A DNA stretch of 64,000 nucleotides from a virus (IMGVR_UViG_3300028833_000055:1-64000); one strand, 5' to 3'. Counted from the stretch's first letter, positions 7,898 through 17,325 are shown. Translations and numbers: made by a program. Notes: generated from the sequence alone by a model not told the origin.

Positions 7898-8050
7898 CTA
7901 TTTTTCTTTCACCTCCACATATTCAGATTTGTTCATATCAAAGATACGATTATCCGTTCCACTGATAAACTCTTTTGCCTTCTTGATGTCATTTTTACCA
8001 CCCAAAATTCTATTCTTGTTGTCAACGATGACATATCTGGGTATAATCAT
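7898..8050 (-). CDS. Small hypothetical protein (50 aa; not in the ORF track)
   Basis: MIIPRYVIVDNKNRILGG...VEVKEK*; tiles between neighbours. Confidence 0.5.
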   Translation of the reverse strand: MIIPRYVIVDNKNRILGGKNDIKKAKEFISGTDNRIFDMNKSEYVEVKEK

Positions 8051-8053
8051 ATC

Positions 8054-8749
8054 CTATTCCTCCGCTTTGGTTTCACAATTTCTAAGTCTGCTCTCGTAGT
8101 CTTCCAATTCCGTATTGTACTTCGTGACCATCTTTTCATAATATTTGTTTCTCGTCGGTTTCTTTTCGAAATTGACATAATCCCATAATATACGGTCGAG
8201 TATGGAACATTTCCAGTTCTTGAATGTAGCGAATCTTCCGGACGGATACAAGGATAAGGTTTTTCTAATTCTCGGATGGTCCATCCCAAACAGATTATTA
8301 TATTTCTTCGCCACATTCGATTCTCCGAAGTTGGATTCGAGTTTACAGCACGCCTTCAGTATTTCGGGATGCCACGCCACACCCATTTCGGCAAGGTAAT
8401 CTATATATGCACAAATATTTTCCTCGTTGCACTCACCACAGTCCTTTTCAAGTGAAGCCTGACCGATTTCGGCATATAGTTCCAGTTCACTTTCCATATA
8501 TTCCTTGCTGGAGATTTCCTCCCTCAATTCCTTTACCGTTTCAAAGTGCTTTTGTGCCGTAACCTCGTGTTCACCGACCTTTCTGATTTCAACACCAAGC
8601 AGCAATACGAGAAGACACACTATCGTGATGAGTAGTATCGTTGTCCTTGATATAAACCTTTCCTTCTTGTATACCAAGTTTTCATCATCGAAAGAATACT
8701 TTCTCTTTCTTTCGAAAAAAGTCTGGATGTTTTCTATAAGTCTTTTCAT
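8054..8749 (-). CDS. Membrane-anchored glucosaminidase (GH73-like) cell-wall hydrolase
   Basis: N-terminal TM helix and coiled coil, then LESNFG...KKYNNLFGM...FATFKNW. Confidence 0.65.
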   Translation of the reverse strand: MKRLIENIQTFFERKRKYSFDDENLVYKKERFISRTTILLITIVCLLVLLLGVEIRKVGEHEVTAQKHFETVKELREEISSKEYMESELELYAEIGQASLEKDCGECNEENICAYIDYLAEMGVAWHPEILKACCKLESNFGESNVAKKYNNLFGMDHPRIRKTLSLYPSGRFATFKNWKCSILDRILWDYVNFEKKPTRNKYYEKMVTKYNTELEDYESRLRNCETKAEE

Positions 8750-8855
8750 TTTCTAATTTTTTTACAAAGATACTATTTTATGCAAATATAACTAAAAAAA
8801 TCGGTATGAATTTTGCATACTATATATTATACAATAACAAAAAATAATACGTATT

Positions 8856-9245
8856 ATGAAAAAGATAGTTTTTACATTATTGATTCTCTTCTCTATGGCG
8901 TTCGCTTGTGTGGCACAGGAAGTATTGACTGCAACAAGAGTTGTGAAGTCAAGAGGTGCAGAGAGTGAATATGTTATTCCGGAAGGTGACTTTGCAATCG
9001 AAAGACCGGTTCTCTCAAGAGGCGGTTGCGTAGTAAAGCTCGACAACTGGACAGGTTATTATGTAGATATCTGGGTTGACAAGAACTACAAGGGAAGATT
9101 GAATCCTTGGGAAAACTCACAGATGATTATGCCTAGCGGTTTCAATGAAATCTACTGCCGCACAATGGGTGAAAGTTACCAGTGGATGGCCGGAGGGGAA
9201 TGCAACGAACAGTTCGTACTGTCATTACCGGAAGATGACGAATAA
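8856..9245 (+). CDS. Secreted hypothetical protein
   Basis: Signal peptide ending VA|Q; a lone plus-strand gene followed by a bidirectional terminator. Confidence 0.7.
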   Translation: MKKIVFTLLILFSMAFACVAQEVLTATRVVKSRGAESEYVIPEGDFAIERPVLSRGGCVVKLDNWTGYYVDIWVDKNYKGRLNPWENSQMIMPSGFNEIYCRTMGESYQWMAGGECNEQFVLSLPEDDE

Positions 9246-9246
9246 T

Positions 9247-9280
9247 AAAAAATGGGATGTGAATCACATCCCATTTTTTT
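9247..9280. terminator. Bidirectional intrinsic terminator
   Basis: AAAAAATGGGATGTG/CACATCCCATTTTTT between convergent genes. Confidence 0.8.
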
Positions 9281-10826
9281 AATTCTCTTCAGTTTCCTCC
9301 GTATAACCGAGTTGTGTCTCAACATCAACTTCACCGGCGTCAATCTGCTTCGCCTCTCTGAAACGGAAGGCGTTGGTCTTTAATTTAAACGCTTCGGGTT
9401 TGACATCGTTGTCTATACGGACAACAAGTCCTTCACGGGGAACCTTGGTCTTACACATTGTCTCGTCCATCTCCATTCCGAACTGCTTGTCTTCCTCAAG
9501 ACGGCTAAGAACCTTCTGACTCCAATATTCTTCGGATGTGTCAATATCCGGATAAAGGTCTCCGAGACGACCGTGATATAAAGTCTTGATAGGTTTTATC
9601 TTCGTTTCGAGTTCGGGATGTTCGTCGAGAAGTTTCAATGTCCACCTATATACATCCTGCACATCCCATTCCTTATGATTTCCTTCCTCATCGGTTTCGG
9701 TAATCCTGTAAGGCATCAAGATATTCTCACCCTGTTTACACCCATAGTCGTATCCCTTCTGTATCCAGCTCGTTGTTCCGGTGACATATCCTGCAATCTC
9801 ACCGTAGAGTGTCATTCCTTTATTCAGGAACGGATATATGAGTTTTCCGTATTCCGACCAGATGTCAAGTTTGTAGAATCCCTTTCCAACATCCTTGTTG
9901 ATATACTTGTTCTTGATAACACCTCTCGATGAAGTGACCTCACCGTACTCAATCCGGTACTTCGGATAGACGTGTTCCCTTTTCTTGTGGTCTATCGAAC
10001 TCAATACCCTTCTGAAAAGGTTCCTTACCCTCCTGATGAACTTCTCAAAGAAGTTTTCCTCACAATATTTCTTCGTGAGGATATTACCGCAGATAAAACT
10101 TGTACCGTGTACCTTGACACTTATATTGACAACAGTGTCCGGTGTGAATCTCCAGATGTTATCCTTCAACTGGTTCGTGTCATAGTGGAAGGTGAACTGA
10201 CCTTCAATCATACGGTCCAACTTCTCAATCCTCTTTTTTCTCTTTCTCTCCCTTCTCGTAGTTCCGTCACCGATGTTTCTCGGCTGTTTCACCTCCGGAA
10301 CGAAGGCCTTGACGAACAATTCGCCGTCAATGGTGTCGAACTCGAAAGGAACTACAACACCGTCCTCGTTGGGTTTGAAGCAGTTTTCGAAATCGTACTT
10401 CCGTACATCCGGTTTCCACTTCGCTAGCGAACTTATCGGGAACAAACATCCCTCCGAAGCACACCCACGAAGTTTTACGATACGGACACGACCATGCTTG
10501 TTGAAGTATCCGACCTTCTTCTTCGCTTCATCCTCCTTTCCGTCATCAATGAGTTTCTGCACCTCCTCGTAGTTCTTGTTAAGATGTCTTTCACCAATCT
10601 CGAACTGGTTGTTGGTGGACAGAAAGTCCTTGTTGATGGCGGTTTCAAGCTTACAGTACACCATAATGTCTCCGGTCTTGACATCATTCTTGCCGACAAC
10701 CACCTGGTATACCCCTCCGATGTTCGTCTTTGCAAGAAAATCGGAACCCTCTATCGGGATGAGTTCGCCAATCCTTACAATCTGGGCACAGTATTCAGAT
10801 TTAATCCCATCACTTTTTGTAAACAT
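9279..10826 (-). CDS. RNA ligase, DRB0094/Rnl5-like, with N-terminal OB domain
   Basis: AQIVRIGELIPIEGSD N-terminus; motifs VKVHGTS, LYGEI, REGLVVR, FKLK. Confidence 0.8.
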   Translation of the reverse strand: MFTKSDGIKSEYCAQIVRIGELIPIEGSDFLAKTNIGGVYQVVVGKNDVKTGDIMVYCKLETAINKDFLSTNNQFEIGERHLNKNYEEVQKLIDDGKEDEAKKKVGYFNKHGRVRIVKLRGCASEGCLFPISSLAKWKPDVRKYDFENCFKPNEDGVVVPFEFDTIDGELFVKAFVPEVKQPRNIGDGTTRRERKRKKRIEKLDRMIEGQFTFHYDTNQLKDNIWRFTPDTVVNISVKVHGTSFICGNILTKKYCEENFFEKFIRRVRNLFRRVLSSIDHKKREHVYPKYRIEYGEVTSSRGVIKNKYINKDVGKGFYKLDIWSEYGKLIYPFLNKGMTLYGEIAGYVTGTTSWIQKGYDYGCKQGENILMPYRITETDEEGNHKEWDVQDVYRWTLKLLDEHPELETKIKPIKTLYHGRLGDLYPDIDTSEEYWSQKVLSRLEEDKQFGMEMDETMCKTKVPREGLVVRIDNDVKPEAFKLKTNAFRFREAKQIDAGEVDVETQLGYTEETEEN

Positions 10827-10828
10827 AT

Positions 10829-11587
10829 CTACTTTTCTTTTAATATAACTTCTTTTTTAATTCCATTTTCACCATTGGTGGTGTATTTTCCACCCGTACA
10901 CCTCCCGATGGTCTCCTTTATCTTGTCCCCCATCTTTTCAGCATCTAAAGGTTCTATTTCAATACCTAATGTCTTGCTGACGATATCGAGTGCAAGCGCA
11001 CCATAACTTTCTTCCAATTCTTTCTTTTTGTCCATTTCCTTATTTTTATTTTCTATTATCTCCTTTTCCATTTTTATAATTTTCCGTTTCAACGATACCA
11101 CACGAATACATCCAAGTCTGGCGAGATAAAGTCTCTGTTCGATGGTAAGTTTAATACATCTTTTGTTCTCGACCGGACATTTGGCCACATCTATCCAGTC
11201 ATTGTCCTCATAGAAAACCACCACACCCGCCTTGACTCTCCAATCCTCCTTATTTTCGAAAGAATCCAGAAAATTCAGCACCTTGTCCTTTATCGAAGAC
11301 GGGACACAATAGTAGAAATTCTTGATATAGTCGGACTGATGGTCGTGTTTTTTCTTGAAATCCGCCAAGAAATCTGAAAATGAACGCTTTATCTCTATTT
11401 CCGTAAGATAACCGGAATTTGTGCAGACAAGCACGTCACATTCGTGCCATATCGGTAGAGCGCCTCCTTGACAGATGGCGTTGAATACCACGATTTTTTC
11501 AAGAAAATTGAAATGACTCGACTTTACAAGGGCGACTTCTATCTCATACAAACTTCGTTTCGTATCCATACCTACATCTTTCCACAA
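10829..11587 (-). CDS. PD-(D/E)xK nuclease-like protein (MmcB-like)
   Basis: ECDVL...TEIEIKRSFSDFLADFKK...FYYCVP. Confidence 0.6.
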   Translation of the reverse strand: MWKDVGMDTKRSLYEIEVALVKSSHFNFLEKIVVFNAICQGGALPIWHECDVLVCTNSGYLTEIEIKRSFSDFLADFKKKHDHQSDYIKNFYYCVPSSIKDKVLNFLDSFENKEDWRVKAGVVVFYEDNDWIDVAKCPVENKRCIKLTIEQRLYLARLGCIRVVSLKRKIIKMEKEIIENKNKEMDKKKELEESYGALALDIVSKTLGIEIEPLDAEKMGDKIKETIGRCTGGKYTTNGENGIKKEVILKEK

Positions 11588-12200
11588 GCCTTGTTACGGA
11601 ATATGTCACACAATTCCCAATATGAAATCGGTCTGTAATTGTTCTGGTCAACTCCGACATCATACTGGTTCTTTCTCAATTTTGCCGGTACATCACCGTC
11701 TATCCCGTAACAGGTACCGTCATTCAAAGTGTGGATATGACCGAATACCTGATAGTCCCCGTTAAAGGCACAGCAGGGATAATGTTCTGCATATATTTTC
11801 ACACCATCCACTTCTATGAAAGCCTTGTCGACCACTGCAATAAGTTTTTCATTCGGACTTTCGTTAAGTGGAATACGGTCGTGGTTGCCTCTGATGAGAA
11901 GAATATTTCCGTTAAGTTTCCTCATAAACTTCAGATACGCCTCCGTATTCGGCTTGTGGATTAGCATAAAGTCACCACAGCAAACCACTATTCCGTCTTC
12001 CGGAACAACCGAGTTCCAATTCTCTATAAGCGTATTGTCCATATCGCTTCTCGATGTGAACGGTCTGTGACAATACTTGCAGATATTAAAATGACCGAAG
12101 TGAGTCAAGTGTCCGAGGTGAAGTACAACTTATCTGGATTGAAAACATCCAGTGTGTACATCCCTCGGACAGTATCTCCTTTATACATTATTTCTTTCAT
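11572..12200 (-). CDS. Calcineurin-like metallophosphoesterase interrupted by a 5-nt insert (candidate translational bypass, or pseudogene)
   Basis: The 5' frame 12200-12105 gives MKEIMYKG...LYFTSDT*. The 3' frame from 12102 gives HFGH...GDF...RGNHD...HYP...GHIH. Removing 5 nt restores the SDTHF motif (207 aa). Confidence 0.8.
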
Positions 12201-13086
12201 TTTCTTTTATTTTACGAATATCTTTATATACTAACCCTTCTTTTAAATTTAATTTTTCACAAATTTGTTTTGCAGAATAACCACAATTATACAGATAACT
12301 TACATTTTCAAAATCTTCTTTTGATTTTTCATTTCTACCAACATAGTTTAAGTCAATAATGTCCCATTTTCTTTTAAGTGGTTCAAAACATATTCCTTCT
12401 ATATATTTTTTCTTAAATCTCTTTAATAATTGTGTATCTCCTATTATTAATCGAGCATAACCTTGTTTGTTTATTTTTGTATGATTGTCTAAACCAAATA
12501 ATCTTTTTTCAAAAATCTTTAAAATATCATACCATGATGAATGTACCTTTATTTGTAAATTAAAATCTTTTCTTTTATGTAAATTTCCAATGTGACCATC
12601 TCCATCTACAAAACCAATAAACAAATACGCCAACATATCAATATCCATATTTTCAAAAATTGTTTTTTGTGGTGGATTATATGTTTTATCACTTTTTATG
12701 TCAAATTTTTCTTCAATTTGTTTTATCACATCAACATTCATAATGGAAAATTCGGCACAATCAATATCTGTTCTATATTTTACTTGAGTTTCTGCTTCAA
12801 TATATTTTTTAAATTTTTCAACAGACACTTTATCTTCTCCATTTTGTGTAAATCTAACTCTATAATTTTTATAAAAATGTCCATCTGCCAACAAATATCC
12901 AATCCAATAATATGATTCAGCGGTTTCATTTAAAAGTTTTTCAATTTTACTAGGGTAATTTTTCTTATGTATCTTTTTTCTCGCACAACTTCTACATAAA
13001 AAACTATTTTTGTTTGCAGTAAAACTCTCAAGATTTTTATAAATCTTTTCTTTTCCACACTCAATACAATATCTTTTATATTCCAT
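12181..13086 (-). mobile_element. Free-standing double-motif LAGLIDADG homing endonuclease
   Basis: YWIGYLLADGH and LFIGFVDGDGH motifs, N-terminal CxxC..CxxC, C-terminal HTH-like segment. Visibly AT-rich, with its own CATAAATA motif at 13108-13115. Confidence 0.85.
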
Positions 13087-13170
13087 ATCCTTACTTATAT
13101 TATACTATATTTATGTGTGTATCATTTGTAAAGTTATTTTCTGGATTATTAACCTCCAATGTGTACATAA

Positions 13171-13476
13171 TTATTTCTTTTTCTTTTCATAAACTTCCAC
13201 AATCGGATTCTTGTCTATCCTTGAATATGTTACATATCTACCTTTGGCAACAAAATTCTCATCCTCAAGTTCACAAGTTTCATCTCCACAGATACCTTGC
13301 TGGAAGTTGTATACCAAATTCATACCACTATAAACAAAACACCCCTTTACATAGTCTTTCTCGATGCTTGAATGTACCGGTTCAATCTTACCGTCACACA
13401 CAAACGACACAGGATTCTCATTTTTAAAAACCGTAAATTTCATAATCTTATATCTTTTCTGAGTTATGAGACTCAA
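13171..13476 (-). CDS. Hypothetical protein
   Basis: ORF in the operon; the true start may be the internal MKFTV. Confidence 0.55.
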   Translation of the reverse strand: MSLITQKRYKIMKFTVFKNENPVSFVCDGKIEPVHSSIEKDYVKGCFVYSGMNLVYNFQQGICGDETCELEDENFVAKGRYVTYSRIDKNPIVEVYEKKKK

Positions 13477-13885
13477 TTAAATCCTTGTACCTCTCATATG
13501 TGTTCCTTATGACACTTTCACCAACGGGATTTGGTCTCTTCGAGTCACGCTCTATACACACTTCCAGCGGTGCATATATGAAACGGTATTCTATCTTATA
13601 CCCAAAGAGTTCTGCCAGCGTCTTGTAGTTCTCCAAAGTCGTCGGGTTCATATTCATATTGTCGGAAACCACATCCTTTCCGGTATCCATCGCCGCCATC
13701 AGGGCCGCAGTTTCAATTTTGGTGACCACCTTTTCGAGTTTAGGGTTGAAAGGAAGTCCCATCATCAGTCTTATGTCGTCACGATTGACTCTTATACGGT
13801 TGTCCGGGTCTTCGAGTACAAACTTTCTCGCCAAAGTACTCTTTCCACTGCCCTGCAAACCTTGATATACATAAAGTGTCTTCAT
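13448..13885 (-). CDS. Polynucleotide kinase-like P-loop protein (Pnk kinase domain only)
   Basis: GLQGSGKST, RVNRDDIR, VSDNMN, CIERDSKR; start taken at MKTLY. Confidence 0.8.
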   Translation of the reverse strand: MKTLYVYQGLQGSGKSTLARKFVLEDPDNRIRVNRDDIRLMMGLPFNPKLEKVVTKIETAALMAAMDTGKDVVSDNMNMNPTTLENYKTLAELFGYKIEYRFIYAPLEVCIERDSKRPNPVGESVIRNTYERYKDLIESHNSEKI

Positions 13886-13942
13886 TTTTAGTACAAAATT
13901 TGTTCGTCTATAAATAAAATATAACAAAATATTACGAATAAG

Positions 13943-14740
13943 ATGGAGAATTTCTTAAATAAACTCAATATCGTGAAAGATTATGTCATAAAATTCGGAA
14001 ACATCATCCTGATAGCGGCCGTCATAGTCCTTTCTATCATACTCTGTGGAAAATGTTCGTCAAACGACAAACTAAAAGAGGAACTCAAAAGACAGTATAA
14101 CAACGAACTCGCTATGAAGGACACTCTTTCATCATATGTCGATGAACTCGGAAGGGTGAATGCAGAAAAACACGCATACCGGCTCACACAGAAGGAACTC
14201 GAGGACTCGATAGACTACATAAAGAAGAAAAATTCCGAGTATATCTCATATTTAAAGACACAAATCGGTTTGAAAGACACCGTTGAACTCCTCTGTTACA
14301 TAGACAGACCATACAAGGACAGTACCAAACTCGACAACGGCATAATAAAGGTCGATAGTACCGATGTTTACGGAAAATCAAGCCGACATCTGTCGCTTTC
14401 CATACCTTACGACATAGACACTTCACTGAATATTGGAGGTTGCACCTTCACTCTTGAACAAAATATATTCTTCGAGGGGTGGCTGGAGAGAAACAAGAAG
14501 ACCGGTGAGACTTTTGTCCATCTCCGTTCCGACTATCCCGGTATTTCGTTCAATTCAGGCGAAGGTTTTGTGGCCGAACCGTCTGCAAAATATGAAAGGA
14601 GTATGAGAAAGACTATGGGAGTCGGTGTTTTTGTCGGTCCGACTGTCGGTTTCGGATACACCCCGCAGAAATGGCAGCCATATGTCGGAATATCGCTCGG
14701 AATAGGTTTGACATATACTCCAAGAGTATTGCAATGGTAG
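13943..14740 (+). CDS. Membrane protein with coiled coil and C-terminal amphipathic beta strands (possible spanin-like lysis protein)
   Basis: N-terminal TM and coiled coil; C-terminal GVGVFVGPTVGFGY...YVGISLGIGLTY...W; TATAAATA at 13909-13916. Confidence 0.55.
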   Translation: MENFLNKLNIVKDYVIKFGNIILIAAVIVLSIILCGKCSSNDKLKEELKRQYNNELAMKDTLSSYVDELGRVNAEKHAYRLTQKELEDSIDYIKKKNSEYISYLKTQIGLKDTVELLCYIDRPYKDSTKLDNGIIKVDSTDVYGKSSRHLSLSIPYDIDTSLNIGGCTFTLEQNIFFEGWLERNKKTGETFVHLRSDYPGISFNSGEGFVAEPSAKYERSMRKTMGVGVFVGPTVGFGYTPQKWQPYVGISLGIGLTYTPRVLQW

Positions 14741-14753
14741 AAAAAATGGCGGA

Positions 14754-15296
14754 CTATTGAAGTTCGTCATTTTTTATAACCCGTTCTATAAGTTCAACCG
14801 CCGTCTTATACCCTTCTTCGTTCCCGTCTATGAGTTCAAAGGGGATATCGTGCAGTTGAAGCCACGACTTCATTCTTTCGTCTATCTCCTTGGCTTCATC
14901 TTCCGTCTGGTTTCTTCCATTCGGGTTGTATTTCTTCACCCTGTTGATGAACAAGTTCAAGTTGTTGTACTTACCAAACTCTTCAAGTATGGCGTGACCG
15001 AGCATAACCTCGTTGTCCTTCAGATACTGTGCCCCGATTGCAATCGGACTGTCGGTGACTATTATATCGACCTTCCCGCAACACCTTTTTATCTTGAAGA
15101 CCTGTTTTCCGGTAATGTAGAACTGAGACTTGAACACCTCGCCGTTGTTCTCCCACACCTTGTCCTTTGCAAACTCCGATACATACTCGCAGTCATATCC
15201 GTCCATCTTCAGTTTCGAAAATATATAAGCAGCACCTGTGCTTTTTCCGGCACCGGGTCCTGCAAAGAGATTGACAACCAATGTTCTTTTACTCAT
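14754..15296 (-). CDS. P-loop nucleotide kinase/ATPase (NadR/AAA_28-like)
   Basis: VNLFAGPGAGKST, EFAK, IVTDSP, GRNQT. Confidence 0.7.
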   Translation of the reverse strand: MSKRTLVVNLFAGPGAGKSTGAAYIFSKLKMDGYDCEYVSEFAKDKVWENNGEVFKSQFYITGKQVFKIKRCCGKVDIIVTDSPIAIGAQYLKDNEVMLGHAILEEFGKYNNLNLFINRVKKYNPNGRNQTEDEAKEIDERMKSWLQLHDIPFELIDGNEEGYKTAVELIERVIKNDELQ

Positions 15297-15337
15297 CTTT
15301 ATTCTCTTTTATTCTCTTTTATTCTTCTTTTTTCATA

Positions 15338-15568
15338 TTATTCTTTTATAATAGTGTTTAATTCAAGATATTCCTCCGTTACCTTTATGAGGTATTTGGG
15401 TTTATATCTCTCACAGTCTTTATCGTTTCTTTCTTTAAGAGACTCGTAAAACTCGTTCATCCGTTTCAGTTCGTCTTCCAATTCTCCTTCGTTGCAGACG
15501 TTATATCCATTTCCGGTGACTATACGATATTTTACAATCGGATAATCTTCTTTTTTGTGTTTTTTCAT
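15338..15568 (-). CDS. Hypothetical protein
   Basis: 76 aa ORF in the operon. Confidence 0.55.
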   Translation of the reverse strand: MKKHKKEDYPIVKYRIVTGNGYNVCNEGELEDELKRMNEFYESLKERNDKDCERYKPKYLIKVTEEYLELNTIIKE

Positions 15569-15570
15569 TA

Positions 15571-15873
15571 TTATGATTTTAAAATTTCGTTTATAGGAAC
15601 TTTTTCTTCCACATATCTACTGTTTTCACCACAACCTATCGTAAAACAGACTCTGATATACTGATTTTCCGGATTATCGGGATTATCTACAATACTATTT
15701 AGTATAGCACCATACTCAAACAAGATTGAAGGTAAGTAGTCATTCTCATCAGTATGTTTTTTCAGAAGTTCCTCCTCGTGTTCATTGAACCACTTTCTGG
15801 ATAAACCGTTAATCTCATTCCAGATTTTCCTATAATCCCTTATGTTTTTAATATAGGCATCTACTATTTTCAT
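15571..15873 (-). CDS. Hypothetical protein
   Basis: 100 aa ORF in the operon. Confidence 0.6.
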   Translation of the reverse strand: MKIVDAYIKNIRDYRKIWNEINGLSRKWFNEHEEELLKKHTDENDYLPSILFEYGAILNSIVDNPDNPENQYIRVCFTIGCGENSRYVEEKVPINEILKS

Positions 15874-16166
15874 TTACTTTTATTATCTCTGTTCTTTCCA
15901 ATATGATAACCGTCACAGAAAAGGCACTTGTAGGTACTGAAATGGACACCGTGCTTCTTTGACATCGCTTCTGCACTCTTCAAGGCGGTTTTGAAGGTAT
16001 TGTATGTAACCTTCGGTTTACCGGTCGTCTGATTTATGTGAGAGTTTATCGAGAAAGCACCCCAAGCGTTCCTTGAAATGAAGAAATTATAGAAAAACCT
16101 CTTCCTTTTCCACTGGTCCTTGAACCATATCCAGAAATTCTTAAATTTTATCCTGTTTTTCATCAT
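15870..16166 (-). CDS. Hypothetical protein with C-terminal YxCxxCxxxH
   Basis: YKCLFCDGYHIG Zn-binding-like motif. Confidence 0.6.
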   Translation of the reverse strand: MMKNRIKFKNFWIWFKDQWKRKRFFYNFFISRNAWGAFSINSHINQTTGKPKVTYNTFKTALKSAEAMSKKHGVHFSTYKCLFCDGYHIGKNRDNKSK

Positions 16167-17325
16167 TGTTTATAGTTTTAATAAGAGCCTGTGCAACAAC
16201 CCATCCCATAACAGGCGGAACAGCGTTTCCGATAACCTTGTATCTGGATTGAAGCGGTATGGATGAAAAGAAGAAATCGTCCGGAAAAGACTGTATTCTT
16301 GCAATTTCCCTCACCGAATACCTTCTGTTTTTCACCGGATGTGTAATTCCACATTTCTCCGGCTGGGCGGAAGCCGTAATTGTTCCATTTATCTCACCGA
16401 AGGCGAACCTTCTGAAAAAATTCGGTGCGTGATATTTCTTCGGGTCATCGTAGATTTTCCTGAATCTGGTCGTCAGTTTGTCGGGGTCGATGTTTTTCCA
16501 AGACCTTCCTTTAAACACTATCGAAGGAAGTGTATCCTTGTTAAAATCTCCCTTGAACAGTTCAAGCGCCTTTTCACCGTGTTCACAACCGCTAATCAGT
16601 TCAACCATATTCTGTGTCGCCGTACTGTAAGGCCAGTATTCAGAATCCGGTTTATCGTCCAAGTCTTGAAGTACAGACCCGACCATCAGACTTTCATAAT
16701 TCCCGTTTTGTAAGGACGGTATCTTATATTCCTCGACAACATCATCCATCGTCTTGAAGTCGAAAGTTCCAATCTCCTTGTCGATACCGACAATAAGAAC
16801 CCTGTATCTGTTTTGGGGAACACCGTAGTCACTGGAACAAACGAGTTTGATACTGACATTGTAACCCATACCCTCCATCCTTGACTTAATTTCATCAGGT
16901 ACCGTCGTACCGTCCGGCATTTTGGATGACAAAATACCTCTTACATTTTCAAATACAAAACCCAGAGGCCTTTTTCCACTGTCAATCTTCCCTTGTAAAA
17001 TTCTCTGGCATTCCTCGAACAGAGTACCTCTTCCGTCATCTACACCCTTTCTCTTTCCTGCGTTTGAAAACGGTTGGCAAGGAAACCCCGCTATCAGTAT
17101 GTCGAAGTCGGGGATACTGTCAACGGAGACATCACGAATGTCTTTCATAAGACAATTCTCCACAAAGTTGTTGTTGTAACAGGTTACTGCGTCCTTATCG
17201 AAATCATTGGCGAACACGATTCCGGTAGGAAGTTTCGGATATGACCTGCCCATAAATTCGAAACCACCGCTAAACCCCAAATCAAGTCCACCACAACCCG
17301 AGAACAATGATGCAATTCTTAACAT
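16141..17325 (-). CDS. dcm: DNA (cytosine-5)-methyltransferase
   Basis: LFSGCGG, GFPCQ, ENV, PQNRYR, REIARIQSFPD, GNAVPP. Confidence 0.95.
   Translation of the reverse strand: MLRIASLFSGCGGLDLGFSGGFEFMGRSYPKLPTGIVFANDFDKDAVTCYNNNFVENCLMKDIRDVSVDSIPDFDILIAGFPCQPFSNAGKRKGVDDGRGTLFEECQRILQGKIDSGKRPLGFVFENVRGILSSKMPDGTTVPDEIKSRMEGMGYNVSIKLVCSSDYGVPQNRYRVLIVGIDKEIGTFDFKTMDDVVEEYKIPSLQNGNYESLMVGSVLQDLDDKPDSEYWPYSTATQNMVELISGCEHGEKALELFKGDFNKDTLPSIVFKGRSWKNIDPDKLTTRFRKIYDDPKKYHAPNFFRRFAFGEINGTITASAQPEKCGITHPVKNRRYSVREIARIQSFPDDFFFSSIPLQSRYKVIGNAVPPVMGWVVAQALIKTINNDEKQDKI

Noticed and set aside
7938-7950. Additional early promoter (CGTATCTTTG)
   Set aside because: It lies inside the small ORF 7898..8050 and lacks the ATAG extension of the seven consensus copies.
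10829-11587. Restriction endonuclease partner of the C5 methyltransferase
   Set aside because: It is about 4.5 kb away in a different gene context, and its motif pattern fits MmcB-like proteins better.
12100-12110. UGA read-through, selenocysteine or a TTG start as the explanation for the phosphoesterase break
   Set aside because: The downstream part is in a different frame, so read-through cannot join it. A TTG start at 12108 would drop the catalytic Asp of D-x-H.
12105-13170. Group I intron hosting the LAGLIDADG gene
   Set aside because: The ORF abuts its neighbours with under 90 nt of spacer, no ribozyme core is recognisable, and it lies upstream of, not inside, the interrupted gene.
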